A stretch of DNA of 61,554 bases, counting the filler, from Thermodesulfobacteriota bacterium (GTDB taxonomy: Bacteria > DASVDK01): the NCBI GenBank assembly GCA_036381125.1. It is 6 parts of 6 records of this genome, joined end to end, with 100 filler letters (N's around TTAATTAATTAA, not from the genome) between each part and the next. Parts side by side here need not be neighbours in the genome. Positions count along the whole stretch, not along the records: positions 1 to 10,823 come from DASVDK010000359.1; positions 10,924 to 13,768 come from DASVDK010000360.1; 4 more parts are not named here. One strand, 5' to 3'. The position numbers and the translations under genes are program-made. Below are positions 1 to 13,235 of the stretch, piece after piece; position 1 is the stretch's first letter; each line of letters begins with the position of its first letter. The notes beneath the pieces are model-generated. The model ran no database searches. It had not been told where the DNA came from and saw nothing but the letters and a program-made list of their open reading frames with translations.

Positions 1-270
1 CACGTGCGGGCGTCGTACAATCCGGGGCTGGAGATCGCGGGGATCCTCCTCACCATGTTCGATCCCCGCAACCGGCTCGCGCTCCAGGTCGCCGACGAGG
101 TGCGGCGGCACTTCGGCGACCGGGTGTTCCGTACGGTCATCCCACGTAACGTCCGACTGGCCGAGAGCCCGAGCTACGGCAAGCCCGCGCTCCTGTACGA
201 CATCGCGTCGAAAGGGGCGACGAGCTACCTCGAGCTGGCGAAGGAGATCCTCGCGAATGGACGCGACTAG
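1..270 (+). CDS. parA: ParA/Soj chromosome partitioning ATPase, C-terminal part (5' truncated)
   Basis: [14 protein letters not shown]...[17 protein letters not shown]...YD..SKGA..Y..LA.E is the typical Soj C-terminus; overlaps the parB start. Confidence 0.95.
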   Translation, partial: HVRASYNPGLEIAGILLTMFDPRNRLALQVADEVRRHFGDRVFRTVIPRNVRLAESPSYGKPALLYDIASKGATSYLELAKEILANGRD

Positions 271-1213
271 ACGCCGAGGTCTCGGCAAGGGGCTGGCGGC
301 GCTCCTGCCGACGGCCGCCCCCCGCCCGGCTACGCCGTCGGCATCGGCGGCAACCGAGACTCGGGCCGAGGAGCCCGATTCCGGGGCGAGGGGATATTTC
401 CTCTGCGATATCGCACAGATACGTCCCAACGCAGCCCAGCCGCGGCGGCACTTCTCCGAGGCCGAGCTGGCCTCCCTGGCCGAGTCGATCGCGGCGCAGG
501 GGGTGATCCAGCCGGTCGTCGTCAGGCGGCTGCCGGCCGAGGCGACCTCCCCGTCCGACGGGGCCCGCTACGAGCTGATCGCGGGCGAGCGCCGGTGGCG
601 CGCCGCCCGTCAGGCCGGCCTCGACCGGATCCCGGCCGTCGTGCGCGAGGCCACCGACCGCGACGCCCTCGAGATGGCCCTCGTCGAGAACCTCCAGCGC
701 GAGGACCTGAACCCTCTCGAGGTCGCCGAGGCGTACCGCACCCTGGTCGAGGAGTTCGCCCTCACCCAGGAGGCGATCGCCCGCCGGGTCGGACGCCAGC
801 GCTCCACGGTGGCCAACCACCTGCGCCTGCTCCGACTGCCTGCCGAGGTGAAGGAGGCGCTCGAGAGCGGCGCCATCACGATGGGGCACGCCCGCGCGGT
901 CCTCGGCCTCGAGGACCCGGCGCTCGAGGTGACGGCCTTCAAGAAGGTCCTGGCCGGCCGGCTGTCGGTGCGCGAGACCGAGCGGCTCGTGCAGCACCTG
1001 CGCGAGGCGTCGGCGCGCGGGAGGGGCCGGCGCCCCGACCCCGACGCGCAGGCGGCCGATCGGGCCCTCGCCCGCATCGGCGAGCGGCTGCAGCGCGCGC
1101 TCGGCACGAAGGTGGAGGTCCGCGCCCGCGGCGCCCGCGGCCGGATCATCATCAGCTACTTTTCCAACGAGGAGCTCGACCGGCTCCTCGAGCGGCTGGA
1201 GCGCGAATCGTAG
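257..1213 (+). CDS. parB: ParB/Spo0J partitioning protein
   Basis: [21 protein letters not shown] (CTP-binding GxRR), [18 protein letters not shown] region [11 protein letters not shown]. Confidence 0.97.
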   Translation: MDATRRRGLGKGLAALLPTAAPRPATPSASAATETRAEEPDSGARGYFLCDIAQIRPNAAQPRRHFSEAELASLAESIAAQGVIQPVVVRRLPAEATSPSDGARYELIAGERRWRAARQAGLDRIPAVVREATDRDALEMALVENLQREDLNPLEVAEAYRTLVEEFALTQEAIARRVGRQRSTVANHLRLLRLPAEVKEALESGAITMGHARAVLGLEDPALEVTAFKKVLAGRLSVRETERLVQHLREASARGRGRRPDPDAQAADRALARIGERLQRALGTKVEVRARGARGRIIISYFSNEELDRLLERLERES

Positions 1214-1358
1214 GCATTGTCTCGGCTGTCGCGGCGGCGAGCGGTCCGGCTCGGCCGGGCCGCGAGCGAGGGGGTTCGGGGGCCGGTCGCCGACTCCCGG
1301 CAGGCTCGCTGGCGCGCGAGGCCCCCGAGGATGATGGCCGGCTGGAGGGGACGCACGC

Positions 1359-1814
1359 ATGATCGGGACCAGGAAGGGGCAGCGGGACGGCGACGCGATG
1401 GCGGCGGCCGGCGACCTCACGGCGTTCCTCGACAAGGGGAGCCGATTCGAGGGCAAGCTCGCGTTCGACGGCCACGTCCGGCTGAACGGCGAGTTCAAGG
1501 GGGAGATCCGCGCCGAGGGGACGCTGATCGTCGGCGAGGGGGCCCGCATCGAGGCGCAGATCGCCGTCGACACCCTCGTGGTCTCGGGGACGATCGTCGG
1601 CGACATCGTCGCCCGCAGCCGCATCGAGATGCACGCCCCGGCGCGCGTCACCGGCAACATCACCACGCCGGTGCTCGTCGTCGACGAAGGCTCGGTCTTC
1701 GACGGCCAGTGCCACATGGAGCGCGTCAGGGAGGCCGACGCGTCGCGCGGCGCGCCCCGTCCGGTCGACGCCCTTCCGGCCGCGGAGGATGCGCCGTCTC
1801 GCGTCGACGCCTAG
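1359..1814 (+). CDS. Bactofilin (polymer-forming cytoskeletal protein)
   Basis: Beta-helix pattern FLDKGSRFEGKLAFDGHVRLNGEFKGEI...GNITTPVLVVDEGSVFDGQCHM; usual position after parB in Deltaproteobacteria; alternative start at 1398. Confidence 0.92.
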   Translation: MIGTRKGQRDGDAMAAAGDLTAFLDKGSRFEGKLAFDGHVRLNGEFKGEIRAEGTLIVGEGARIEAQIAVDTLVVSGTIVGDIVARSRIEMHAPARVTGNITTPVLVVDEGSVFDGQCHMERVREADASRGAPRPVDALPAAEDAPSRVDA

Positions 1815-2069
1815 GCTGTGTCTGCACGGCCTCGTGGCAAGGCGCTCACGGGGGCCTCCCGCCGCGCCACGTTGTCGGGTCGTTCGACCGCCCCCGGTCG
1901 GCGGGGCCGGTCCGGCCCCTGTCCCGACGGGCCGCCCACGAGCCGGCGTCCCGACGCGCCGGCCTGCGGCCCGGGGCCGCTCGCACGGCCCGCCTCCCCG
2001 TTTCGGTGTCGGCGGGCGGCTGCGGCCCCGCACAGGCACGCGAACGCGGCTGCCGAACGCCCGCGCGCC

Positions 2070-2099
2070 TTGACACCGGCTTTGTGAGCTTGTTACTGT
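2070..2099 (+). promoter_or_regulatory. Sigma70-type promoter of the atp operon
   Basis: TTGACA(2070-2075)-N18-TACTGT(2094-2099) with extended -10 TG; AT-rich patch in a GC-rich background. Confidence 0.7.
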
Positions 2100-2453
2100 C
2101 TGCACAATCTCTCGGGGGGAGAGGCTCGCTCTCGCTGCCGGGCCCGTCACAGGCGCGGCGCACGTGCCTCGCCGGTCGGCGGGTCCCCGCATCCGTGGCG
2201 CAGCGATAGCCGTCGACCTCCGAGACCGGCTTGGGTTTCCGGGGGTCTATGTTCGCGCCGCACCCGCCGGTCCCCGGGACCGCCCTTCCGATTCTCCTGA
2301 TCGTCAGTCTCGCCCCGGCGCCGGCCGTTGCCGGCGAGTCGCCGGCGTGCTCCGTGCCGCGCGTCGTCGCGGCGCCCGAGGGGCGGACGGCGGCTCGGCA
2401 CCGGGCAGGGAGCGCCCGGCGAGCGACGTGACGCCCTAGGGAGGTTCCACCAT

Positions 2454-3479
2454 ATGCAGGGGGTCAACTGGGGCGCCGAGATCGTGAACAGCGGCATCAT
2501 CCTGGTCACGTTCCTGGTCCTCATGGCGTTCCTCAACGCGGTGCTCTTCCGCCCCATGCTGCGCTACCTCGACGAGCGCGAGGCGAAGACGCACGGGGCC
2601 GTCGACGAGGCGAAGGCGCTCGAGGAGGAGGCGGCGCGGGCGCTGGAGGCCTACGAAGCGCGCCTGTCCGCGGCCCGCAGCGAGGCCCAGGTCGAGACCG
2701 CCGCGGCCCGCAAGCGGGCGAGCGACGAGGAGCAGGCCATCCTCGAGCGGGCACGCGAGGACGCCGCGCGCCGCATCGGCGAGATCGAGCGCGACGTCGC
2801 GGCCGCCACCGAGCAGGCGCGGAGCGTGCTCGGCGCGCAGGCGCGGGAGATGGCGCGCGCCATCGCCGAGAAGGTCCTCGGCCGGACGGTCTCCACGGGG
2901 CTCGCCGTGCTCGCCGCCGCGGGCCTCCCGGCCACCGAGGCGATGGCCGCGGCCGCCGGCGGCCAGGGGGGCGGCTTCTTCGCGACGCCCATCGGCGGCT
3001 TCGTCGCCCACCTCGTCAACTTCGTGATCCTCATCGGCGTGCTCGCCTACTTCGCCGGCCCGCGCGTCAGGGCGGCGCTCGAGGAGCGGCGCGCCAGCTA
3101 CGCGCGCGCCATCGAGGACGCCGCGCGGCTCAAGGCCGACGCCGAGGCGCGGGCCCGCGAGTACCGCGAGCGCCTCGCGCGTGCCGACGCGGAGATCGCC
3201 GCCCTCAAGGCGCAGTACCGGGCCGATGCCGAGGCGGAACGGGCGCGCATCCTCGGCGAGGCCGAGCGCGCGGCCGAGCGGATCCGGCGCGCGGCCGAGC
3301 AGACCGCCGCGCAGGAGACGGCCAAGGCGCGCGTCCTGCTACGCGAGGAGGCGGCGCGCCTCGCCACGAGCCTCGCCGAGCAGGCGATCAGGCGGGACCT
3401 CACGCCGGCCGACCAGGCGCGTCTCGTCCAGGACTTCATCACCCGCCTGCCGGCGTCGGCCGGCGACGGACGGGGGTAG
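2454..3479 (+). CDS. atpF: ATP synthase peripheral-stalk subunits b' and b fused in one 341-aa ORF
   Basis: RBS GGGAGGT before ATG 2454; first TM + coiled coil ends ...IAEKVLGRTV (typical b' end, ~2891); no stop; Ala/Gly linker; second TM (HLVNFVILIGVLAYFAG) + coiled coil ending DQARLVQDFI. Confidence 0.85.
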   Translation: MQGVNWGAEIVNSGIILVTFLVLMAFLNAVLFRPMLRYLDEREAKTHGAVDEAKALEEEAARALEAYEARLSAARSEAQVETAAARKRASDEEQAILERAREDAARRIGEIERDVAAATEQARSVLGAQAREMARAIAEKVLGRTVSTGLAVLAAAGLPATEAMAAAAGGQGGGFFATPIGGFVAHLVNFVILIGVLAYFAGPRVRAALEERRASYARAIEDAARLKADAEARAREYRERLARADAEIAALKAQYRADAEAERARILGEAERAAERIRRAAEQTAAQETAKARVLLREEAARLATSLAEQAIRRDLTPADQARLVQDFITRLPASAGDGRG

Positions 3480-3482
3480 GCC

Positions 3483-4025
3483 ATGGCCAACGAGACCGTC
3501 GCCCGGCGCTACGCCCGCGCGCTCCTCGAGATCGCCCAGGAGGAGGGCGCCCTCGAGCGGTTCGAGCAGGACCTCACGCGCTTCGCCGACACGCTCGCGG
3601 CGAGCCGCGACCTCGAGCAGGTCCTCACCAATCCGGTCTTCGAGGCGGAGGCGCGCAAGCGGATCCTGCGCGAGGTGGCCGGCAGGCTCGGCGCCGCCCC
3701 GCTCGTCGTGAACTTCCTCTGCCTGCTCGTGGACAAGCGGAAGCTCGTCGTGCTGCCCGACATCGTCCGCGAATACCGCGCCCTCGTCGACAAGGCCGCC
3801 GGCCGCGTCGAGGCGCTGCTCGTCATGGCCACCCAGGCCGATCCGGCGACCGTGTCCCAGGTCGAGGGGCAGCTCGCGAAGTGGACGGGCAAGCGGGTGC
3901 GGCTCACGACGCGGGTCGACCCGTCGCTCATCGGCGGCGCCGTCGCGCGCGTCGGCGGTCTCGTGCTCGATGCGAGCATCAAGACGCAGATCGACGCGCT
4001 GCGGCAGCGGCTCGCGAACGGTTAG
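3483..4025 (+). CDS. atpH: ATP synthase F1 delta subunit
   Basis: VARRYARAL, NFLCLLVDKRK, VDPSLIGG, DASIKTQI. Confidence 0.96.
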   Translation: MANETVARRYARALLEIAQEEGALERFEQDLTRFADTLAASRDLEQVLTNPVFEAEARKRILREVAGRLGAAPLVVNFLCLLVDKRKLVVLPDIVREYRALVDKAAGRVEALLVMATQADPATVSQVEGQLAKWTGKRVRLTTRVDPSLIGGAVARVGGLVLDASIKTQIDALRQRLANG

Positions 4026-5579
<1,554 letters not shown>

Positions 5580-5591
5580 CAGCCGGCGGGC

Positions 5592-5624
5592 CCCCGGCGC
5601 CGGCCTCGCGGGCCGGCGCCGGGG
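5592..5624 (+). other. Intercistronic 14-bp GC hairpin between atpA and atpG (probably affects mRNA stability or translation)
   Basis: CCCCGGCGCCGGCC-tcgcg-GGCCGGCGCCGGGG perfect inverted repeat, no U-tract. Confidence 0.55.
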
Positions 5625-5651
5625 TGCCGGCGTCACGCTCAGGAGAGAACA

Positions 5652-8063
<2,412 letters not shown>

Positions 8064-8064
<1 letters not shown>

Positions 8065-8480
8065 TGGCGACGCCGGGCAAGCTCGACTTCGAGCTCGTCA
8101 CGCCCTACCGGCGGGTCCACCACCTGGACGCCGACGAGGTGATCTGCCCGGGCGTCCATGGCGAGTTCGGCGTCCTGCCGGGCCACGCGCCGCTGCTCGC
8201 GCGCCTCAAGCCGGGCGTCCTCGGCTTCCGTCAGGGGACGGAGTGGCGCTACGTTGCGCTCACCTGGGGGCTCTGCGAGGTGGCGAACGACCGGGTCTCG
8301 GTCCTCGTCACCACCGCCGACCCGGCCGAGGAGATCGACCCGCAGGCCGCCGCGCGGGCGCGCGACGCCGCCGAGGCGAAGCTGAAGGCGCTCGAGCCGG
8401 GGTCGGCCGAGGCCGCCGAGGCCCAGACCGAGCTCGAGAAGGCGCTGGCGCAGTTGCAGACGGTGCGCTGGCAAGACTAG
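8064..8480 (+). CDS. atpC: ATP synthase F1 epsilon subunit
   Basis: ELVTP, GEFGVLPGHAPLL, C-terminal helical hairpin; ATG overlaps the atpD stop. Confidence 0.95.
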
Positions 8481-8492
8481 GAACCCGAACGA

Positions 8493-9086
8493 TCATCGTG
8501 GGGTGGCCTTGAGCTTCGCCTTTCCCCCCTCGACGACGACGCGGAACTCGACCGCGTGCGCGCCGAACTTGCGGGCGATCTGCGGGAGCTGCTGCTTGAT
8601 CGTGGCGGCCAGCACCTCGGGCTTGAGGCCCGCGGTGGGCTCTCCGGCCTGCTTCTTGGCCGCCAGGAGCTGCCTGTAGAGCGTCTCGATCTCCCTGCCC
8701 CCAGGCTCCACGCCGTCCCGGAAGCGCACCGGCCCCTCCGCCTCGGCCGGCTGCGCGGCCGGCTTCGCCGTCGTGGTCTCGCCCCGCTGGCGCTCCTTGA
8801 GCTTCAGCCTGAACTTGTCGCGGGCGTAGGTCCCCTCCTCGATCTGCTGCGAGACGCGGGTCCAGTAGGCGCTGAGGGCGTTGAAGTTCGCGGTGAGCTG
8901 GCTCAGCCTGAAGGCGTGACCGGTGTTGGTGAGGGTGATCCCGCTGTAGCGCCGGATCACCCTCGCGACCTCCTCGCGGAGCCGGAGCGGCTCCCGCTTC
9001 TCGAGGCCGGAGAAGTACTTCTCGTACTGGGCCTTGAGCTCGCGGATCTGGCGCTCGAGCTGCGCGATGTCTTCCGGGATGCCCAT
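8493..9086 (-). CDS. Conserved hypothetical protein resembling the MXAN_5187 C-terminal domain family
   Basis: LKAQYEKYFSGLEKREP...W.R...QIEEGTY.RDKFR...LYRQLLAAKKQAGE...VEFRVVVEGGKAKLKA recognised by eye. Confidence 0.7.
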   Translation of the reverse strand: MGIPEDIAQLERQIRELKAQYEKYFSGLEKREPLRLREEVARVIRRYSGITLTNTGHAFRLSQLTANFNALSAYWTRVSQQIEEGTYARDKFRLKLKERQRGETTTAKPAAQPAEAEGPVRFRDGVEPGGREIETLYRQLLAAKKQAGEPTAGLKPEVLAATIKQQLPQIARKFGAHAVEFRVVVEGGKAKLKATPR

Positions 9087-9245
9087 CGTGCGTCTGGTCG
9101 CCTCGCTCTGGGCCGATGGAGCCCGCTGGCGCCCGGCGGCGACACCGGCCGGAGCGGCGCGGAACCTACCAGACCCTCGGTGGACCCGCAACAACTTTTC
9201 TCCCGGGCCCCGTGACGCACGTTTCTCCCGGGCTCGGGGCGCACC

Positions 9246-9275
9246 TTGACTCCGCGGCCCGAAGTCCTGTAGATT
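9246..9275 (+). promoter_or_regulatory. Sigma70-type promoter of glmU-glmS
   Basis: TTGACT(9246-9251)-N18-TAGATT(9270-9275). Confidence 0.6.
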
Positions 9276-9360
9276 TCACGCCCCCGCACGACCGGCCCCG
9301 GGGGCAGCCGCCGCGGCATGCTCCCTGCACCGGGTGCTTGCCCCGGAGGCTACCAGAGCC

Positions 9361-10764
9361 ATGTCTTCACCGGTTACCGCCATCGTCCTCGCAGCGGGCC
9401 AGGGGACCCGGATGCGGTCGTCCCGGGCAAAGGTGCTCCACGAGGCCGCCGGCTGGCCGCTGCTGCGCCACGTGCTCGTCGCGGTCCAGGCGCTCGAACC
9501 TGCCCGGGTCACCGTCGTCGTCGGGCACCAGGCCGACCAGGTCCGCGCCGCCGTGGCCGACCTCCCGGTCGAGTTCGTCCTGCAGGCCGAGCAGCGCGGC
9601 ACCGGGCACGCGGTGCTCCAGGCGCGCTCCTCGGTGCTCTCGGCGAACGGTCCGGTCCTCATCCTGTACGGCGACGTGCCGTGTGTCCGCCCCACCACGC
9701 TGTCGCGCCTCGAGGACACCTTCCGGCGGTCGGGCCGGCCGCTCGCCATGGCCACCGCTCGGGTGGCCGACCCGGCGGGCTACGGCCGCATCGTCCGCGA
9801 CGCGAGGGGCGAGGTGCTCCGGGTCGTGGAGCACAGGGACGCGAGCGAGGCCGAACGGGCGCTCGACGAGATCAACACCGGCCTCTACATGGTCGACGCC
9901 CGCTTCCTCGCCGCGTGGCTCACCCGCGTCGAGCAGGGCGGGTCGAGGGCCTCCTCGGCGCTCACCGGGGAGGTCTATCTCACCGACCTCGTGGCGCTCG
10001 CCGCGCAGCAGGGCGGCGTCGCCCCCCTCGAGGTGGCCGACGCGGCGGAGGTCCTCGGCGTGAACACGCGGGAGGAGCTGGCCCGGGCCGCGGCGCGGCT
10101 GCGCGCCGACATCGCGCGGCGCCACCTGGCCGCCGGCGTGACGATCGTCGACCCGGAGCGGACCTACATCGACGCCGGCGTCGAGATCGGCCCGGACACG
10201 ATCGTCCACCCCGGCGCGCACCTGCGCGGCCGCACGCGCATCGGCGCGGGCGCCACGATCGAGGTCGGCGCCGTCCTCACCGACATGGTCGTCGGCGACG
10301 GCACCGAGATCCTGCCCTACTGCGTGCTCGAGCAGAGCGAGGTCGGCGCGGGCGCCCGGCTCGGTCCCCACACCCGGATCCGCCCCGGGTGCCGCCTGGC
10401 CGACGGCGTGCACGTCGGCAACTTCGTCGAGCTGAAGAAGACGACGATCGGCCCGGGGTCGAAGGCCAACCACCTCACCTACCTCGGCGACGCCACCATC
10501 GGCGCCGGCGTCAACATCGGCGCCGGGACCATCACCTGCAACTACGACGGCGCGCGCAAGCACCAGACGGTCATCGAGGACGGCGCGTTCATCGGCAGCG
10601 ACTCGCAGCTCGTGGCGCCGGTCACGGTGGGCAAGGACGCCTACGTGGCCTCCGGCTCCTCGGTCACCGACGACGTGCCGCCCGGCGCGCTCGCCATCGC
10701 GCGCAGCCGTCAGGTGAACAAGGCAGGCTGGGTCGGCGCGCGCGGCCCCAAACGGAGCAAATAG
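9361..10764 (+). CDS. glmU: Bifunctional UDP-GlcNAc pyrophosphorylase / GlcN-1-P acetyltransferase
   Basis: LAAGQGTRM, GTGHAV, GYGRIVRD, hexapeptide repeats, GNFVELKK, HLTYLGD, GAGTITCNYDG. Confidence 0.98.
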   Translation: MSSPVTAIVLAAGQGTRMRSSRAKVLHEAAGWPLLRHVLVAVQALEPARVTVVVGHQADQVRAAVADLPVEFVLQAEQRGTGHAVLQARSSVLSANGPVLILYGDVPCVRPTTLSRLEDTFRRSGRPLAMATARVADPAGYGRIVRDARGEVLRVVEHRDASEAERALDEINTGLYMVDARFLAAWLTRVEQGGSRASSALTGEVYLTDLVALAAQQGGVAPLEVADAAEVLGVNTREELARAAARLRADIARRHLAAGVTIVDPERTYIDAGVEIGPDTIVHPGAHLRGRTRIGAGATIEVGAVLTDMVVGDGTEILPYCVLEQSEVGAGARLGPHTRIRPGCRLADGVHVGNFVELKKTTIGPGSKANHLTYLGDATIGAGVNIGAGTITCNYDGARKHQTVIEDGAFIGSDSQLVAPVTVGKDAYVASGSSVTDDVPPGALAIARSRQVNKAGWVGARGPKRSK

Positions 10765-10770
10765 CGGGAC

Positions 10771-10823
10771 ATGTGCGGGATCGTCGGCTACCTGGGCCCG
10801 CAGGACGCGGCCCAGGTCATCAT
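10771..10823 (+). CDS. glmS: Glucosamine-6-phosphate synthase N-terminus (cut by contig end)
   Basis: MCGIVGYLG Ntn-amidotransferase start directly after glmU. Confidence 0.88.
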
Positions 10824-10923
10824 NNNNNNNNNNNNNNNNNNNNNNNNNNNNNNNNNNNNNNNNNNNNTTAATTAATTAANNNNNNNNNNNNNNNNNNNNN
10901 NNNNNNNNNNNNNNNNNNNNNNN
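10824..10923. other. Artificial contig spacer
   Basis: N44-TTAATTAATTAA-N44 (stops in all six frames). Confidence 0.99.
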
Positions 10924-11749
10924 GCACGGGGTCGCCTTCCGGGACGGCGCGCTCTACGTGGCCGAGCGCGGCCGCATCATCCGGTTCGACGACATCGAGG
11001 CGCGCCTGACCGACCCGCCGGAGCCGTCGGTCGTCACGACCGACCTGCCGGACGACCGGCACCACGGCTTCAAGACCATCGCCTTCGGCCCCGACGGCCG
11101 CCTCTACGTGTCGGTGGGCGTCCCGTGCAACGTCTGCGACCGCAACGCCGACGGCTACGGGCAGATCCGACGGATGCCGGCCGGCGGCGGGCCGTGGGAG
11201 GTCGTCGCGCGCGGCATCCGCAACTCGGTCGGCTTCGACTGGCACCCCGACACCGGGGAACTCTGGTTCACCGACAACGGCCGCGACTTCCTGGGCGACG
11301 ACCAGCCGCCCGACGAGCTGAACCGGGTGAGCGAGCCCGGCCAGCACTTCGGCTTCCCGTACTGCCACGGGGGAGACCTCCCCGACCCCGAGTTCGGCTC
11401 GCGGCCGTGCCGTGACTTCGTGCCGCCCGTCCAGAAGCTCGGCCCTCACGTGGCGAGCCTCGGCATGGCCTTCTACACGGGGGACATGTTCCCGCCCGAG
11501 TACCGGGGCCAGGTCTTCATCGCCGAGCACGGCTCGTGGAACCGGAGCCGTCCGATCGGGTACCGGGTGACGCTGGTGCGACTCGAGGGGAACCGGGCGG
11601 CGAGCTACACCCCCTTCGCCGAGGGGTGGCTCGAGGGGTTCCGGGCGTCGGGCCGGCCGGTCGACGTGCTGGTCGCCCGAGACGGCGCCCTCCTGGTGTC
11701 GGACGACGCCGCCGACGCGGTCTACCGGATCGCCTACCGCCGGCCCTAG
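10924..11749 (+). CDS. Glucose/sorbosone dehydrogenase family beta-propeller oxidoreductase (5' truncated)
   Basis: FGPDGRLYVSVGVPCNVC, GIRNSVGFDWHP, DNGRDFLGDDQPPDELN, HFGFPYCH, EHGSWNRS, GRPVDV. Confidence 0.9.
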
Positions 11750-11753
11750 GTGC

Positions 11754-11781
11754 TTGACCGTAGAGGGGTTTTGGGTATGAT
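11754..11781 (+). promoter_or_regulatory. Sigma70-type promoter of infA
   Basis: TTGACC-N16-TATGAT followed by AGGAGGAGG RBS. Confidence 0.65.
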
Positions 11782-11810
11782 GCCGTCGAACCAGGAGGAG
11801 GATCCCATGT

Positions 11811-12029
11811 ATGGCTCGTGATGATCTCATTCAGCTCGAGGGCGTCGTCACCGAAGTGAAATCGACGAACTACTTCACCGTGAAGACCGACTCCGGACCG
11901 GTCGTCACCGCTCAGCTCTCGGGCCGCATGCGGAAGTTCCGGATCCGCGTCGTCCAGGGCGACCGTGTGGTCGTCAGCGTGTCGCCGTACGATCCCACCC
12001 ACGGCCTGATCACCTACCGACCGAAGTAA
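11811..12029 (+). CDS. infA: Translation initiation factor IF-1 (divergent, stand-alone copy)
   Basis: 72 aa; SGRMRKFRIRVVQGDRVVVSVSPYD...GLITYR. Confidence 0.92.
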   Translation: MARDDLIQLEGVVTEVKSTNYFTVKTDSGPVVTAQLSGRMRKFRIRVVQGDRVVVSVSPYDPTHGLITYRPK

Positions 12030-12040
12030 CCTGCCGCTGC

Positions 12041-12069
12041 TTGCCCCGTACATAGCGGCCGTGTACGCT
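12041..12069 (+). promoter_or_regulatory. Promoter of a probable leaderless M20 peptidase mRNA
   Basis: TTGCCC-N17-TACGCT, 8 nt before ATG 12078; no SD. Confidence 0.55.
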
Positions 12070-12077
12070 CGTCATCC

Positions 12078-13220
12078 ATGAGCGACCCGGTCCTCGCCGA
12101 GCTGGCCCGCCGGGAGGCGGAGATGGTGGAGATGCTCGGCCGCCTGGTGTCGATCGACTCGGGCAGCTACGACAAGGCCGGCGTCGACGCCGTCGGCGCC
12201 GTCCTGCGCGGCTTCCTCGAGGCCGAGGGGGTGGCCTGTCGCGTCCTGCCCCACCCGACCCTGGGAGACTGCCTGATCGCCACGGTCGGGGCCGGCCGGG
12301 GCACGGCGCTCCTGATGGGGCACCGCGACACGGTCTTCCCGCCGGGCACCGCTGCCGAGCGCCCCTTCCGCGTGGCCGACGGCGTCGCCACCGGGCCCGG
12401 GGTGGCCGATATGAAGGCGGGCCTCGTCATGAACGCCTTCGTGCTGGCCGCCTTCGCGCGAGCCGGCACCCCGGTCCCGCTCGTCGGCCTCTTCAGCGCC
12501 GACGAGGAGATCGGCTCGCCCGCCTCGCGGCCGATCATCGAGGCCGAGGCGCGCCGCGCGAGGGCGGTCTTCAACGCCGAGCCGGGCCGGCCGAGCGGCA
12601 ACGTGGTGGTCCGCCGGAAAGGAGCCGCCTTCCTCGAGGTGCAGGTGGAGGGGCGCGCGGTCCACTCCGGCGTCGAGCCGCAGAACGGCGCGTCGGCCAT
12701 CGAGGCGCTCGCGCGGAAGATCACCCGCCTCCACGCCCTCACCGACTACGAGGCCGGCGTCACGGTGAACGTCGGCCTCGTCCGCGGCGGGACCGCGGTC
12801 AACGTGGTGGCGGCCGAGGCGCGCGCCGAGGTGGACGTCCGCTACCCGACCCCCGAGGCGATGGCGCGGGTGCTCGGCGAGGTGCGCACCATCGTCGAGG
12901 CGGTGGACGTGCCGGGGACCCGGGCGCGCCTCGTCGAGCGGGCCACGTTCGTCCCGCTCGTGCCGACCGGCGCCTCGACGCGCCTGTTCGACCTCTACGC
13001 CCGGTGCGCGGCCGACGTCGGGCTCACGCTGGAGGGCGAGGCGTCGGGCGGCTCGGCCGACTCCGGCTTCGCGGCGGCCGTCGGCGCGCCCACCCTCTGC
13101 GGGACCGGCCCGGTCGGCGGCAATCCGCACCGCCCCGACGAGTTCTGCCGGGTCGGCACGCTGGTGCCGCGCGCGCAGGCGCTCGCCCTGACGATCCTGC
13201 GCCTCGGGCGTGCGGCCTGA
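12078..13220 (+). CDS. M20 metallopeptidase (carboxypeptidase G2-like)
   Basis: GHRDTVF, GPGVADMKAG, DEEIGS, GGSAD, C-terminal His (GNPHRPDE). Confidence 0.92.
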   Translation: MSDPVLAELARREAEMVEMLGRLVSIDSGSYDKAGVDAVGAVLRGFLEAEGVACRVLPHPTLGDCLIATVGAGRGTALLMGHRDTVFPPGTAAERPFRVADGVATGPGVADMKAGLVMNAFVLAAFARAGTPVPLVGLFSADEEIGSPASRPIIEAEARRARAVFNAEPGRPSGNVVVRRKGAAFLEVQVEGRAVHSGVEPQNGASAIEALARKITRLHALTDYEAGVTVNVGLVRGGTAVNVVAAEARAEVDVRYPTPEAMARVLGEVRTIVEAVDVPGTRARLVERATFVPLVPTGASTRLFDLYARCAADVGLTLEGEASGGSADSGFAAAVGAPTLCGTGPVGGNPHRPDEFCRVGTLVPRAQALALTILRLGRAA

Positions 13221-13235
13221 GGCGGCGCGCCGCGG

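Noticed and set aside
9314-9329. Sigma54-like CGGC-N7-CTGCA before glmU
   Set aside because: Both elements deviate from consensus and a good sigma70 promoter lies just upstream.
10868-10879. TTAATTAATTAA as a biological palindrome or att site (also in the four other spacers)
   Set aside because: It is identical each time and centred in N runs: an artificial all-frame stop linker.
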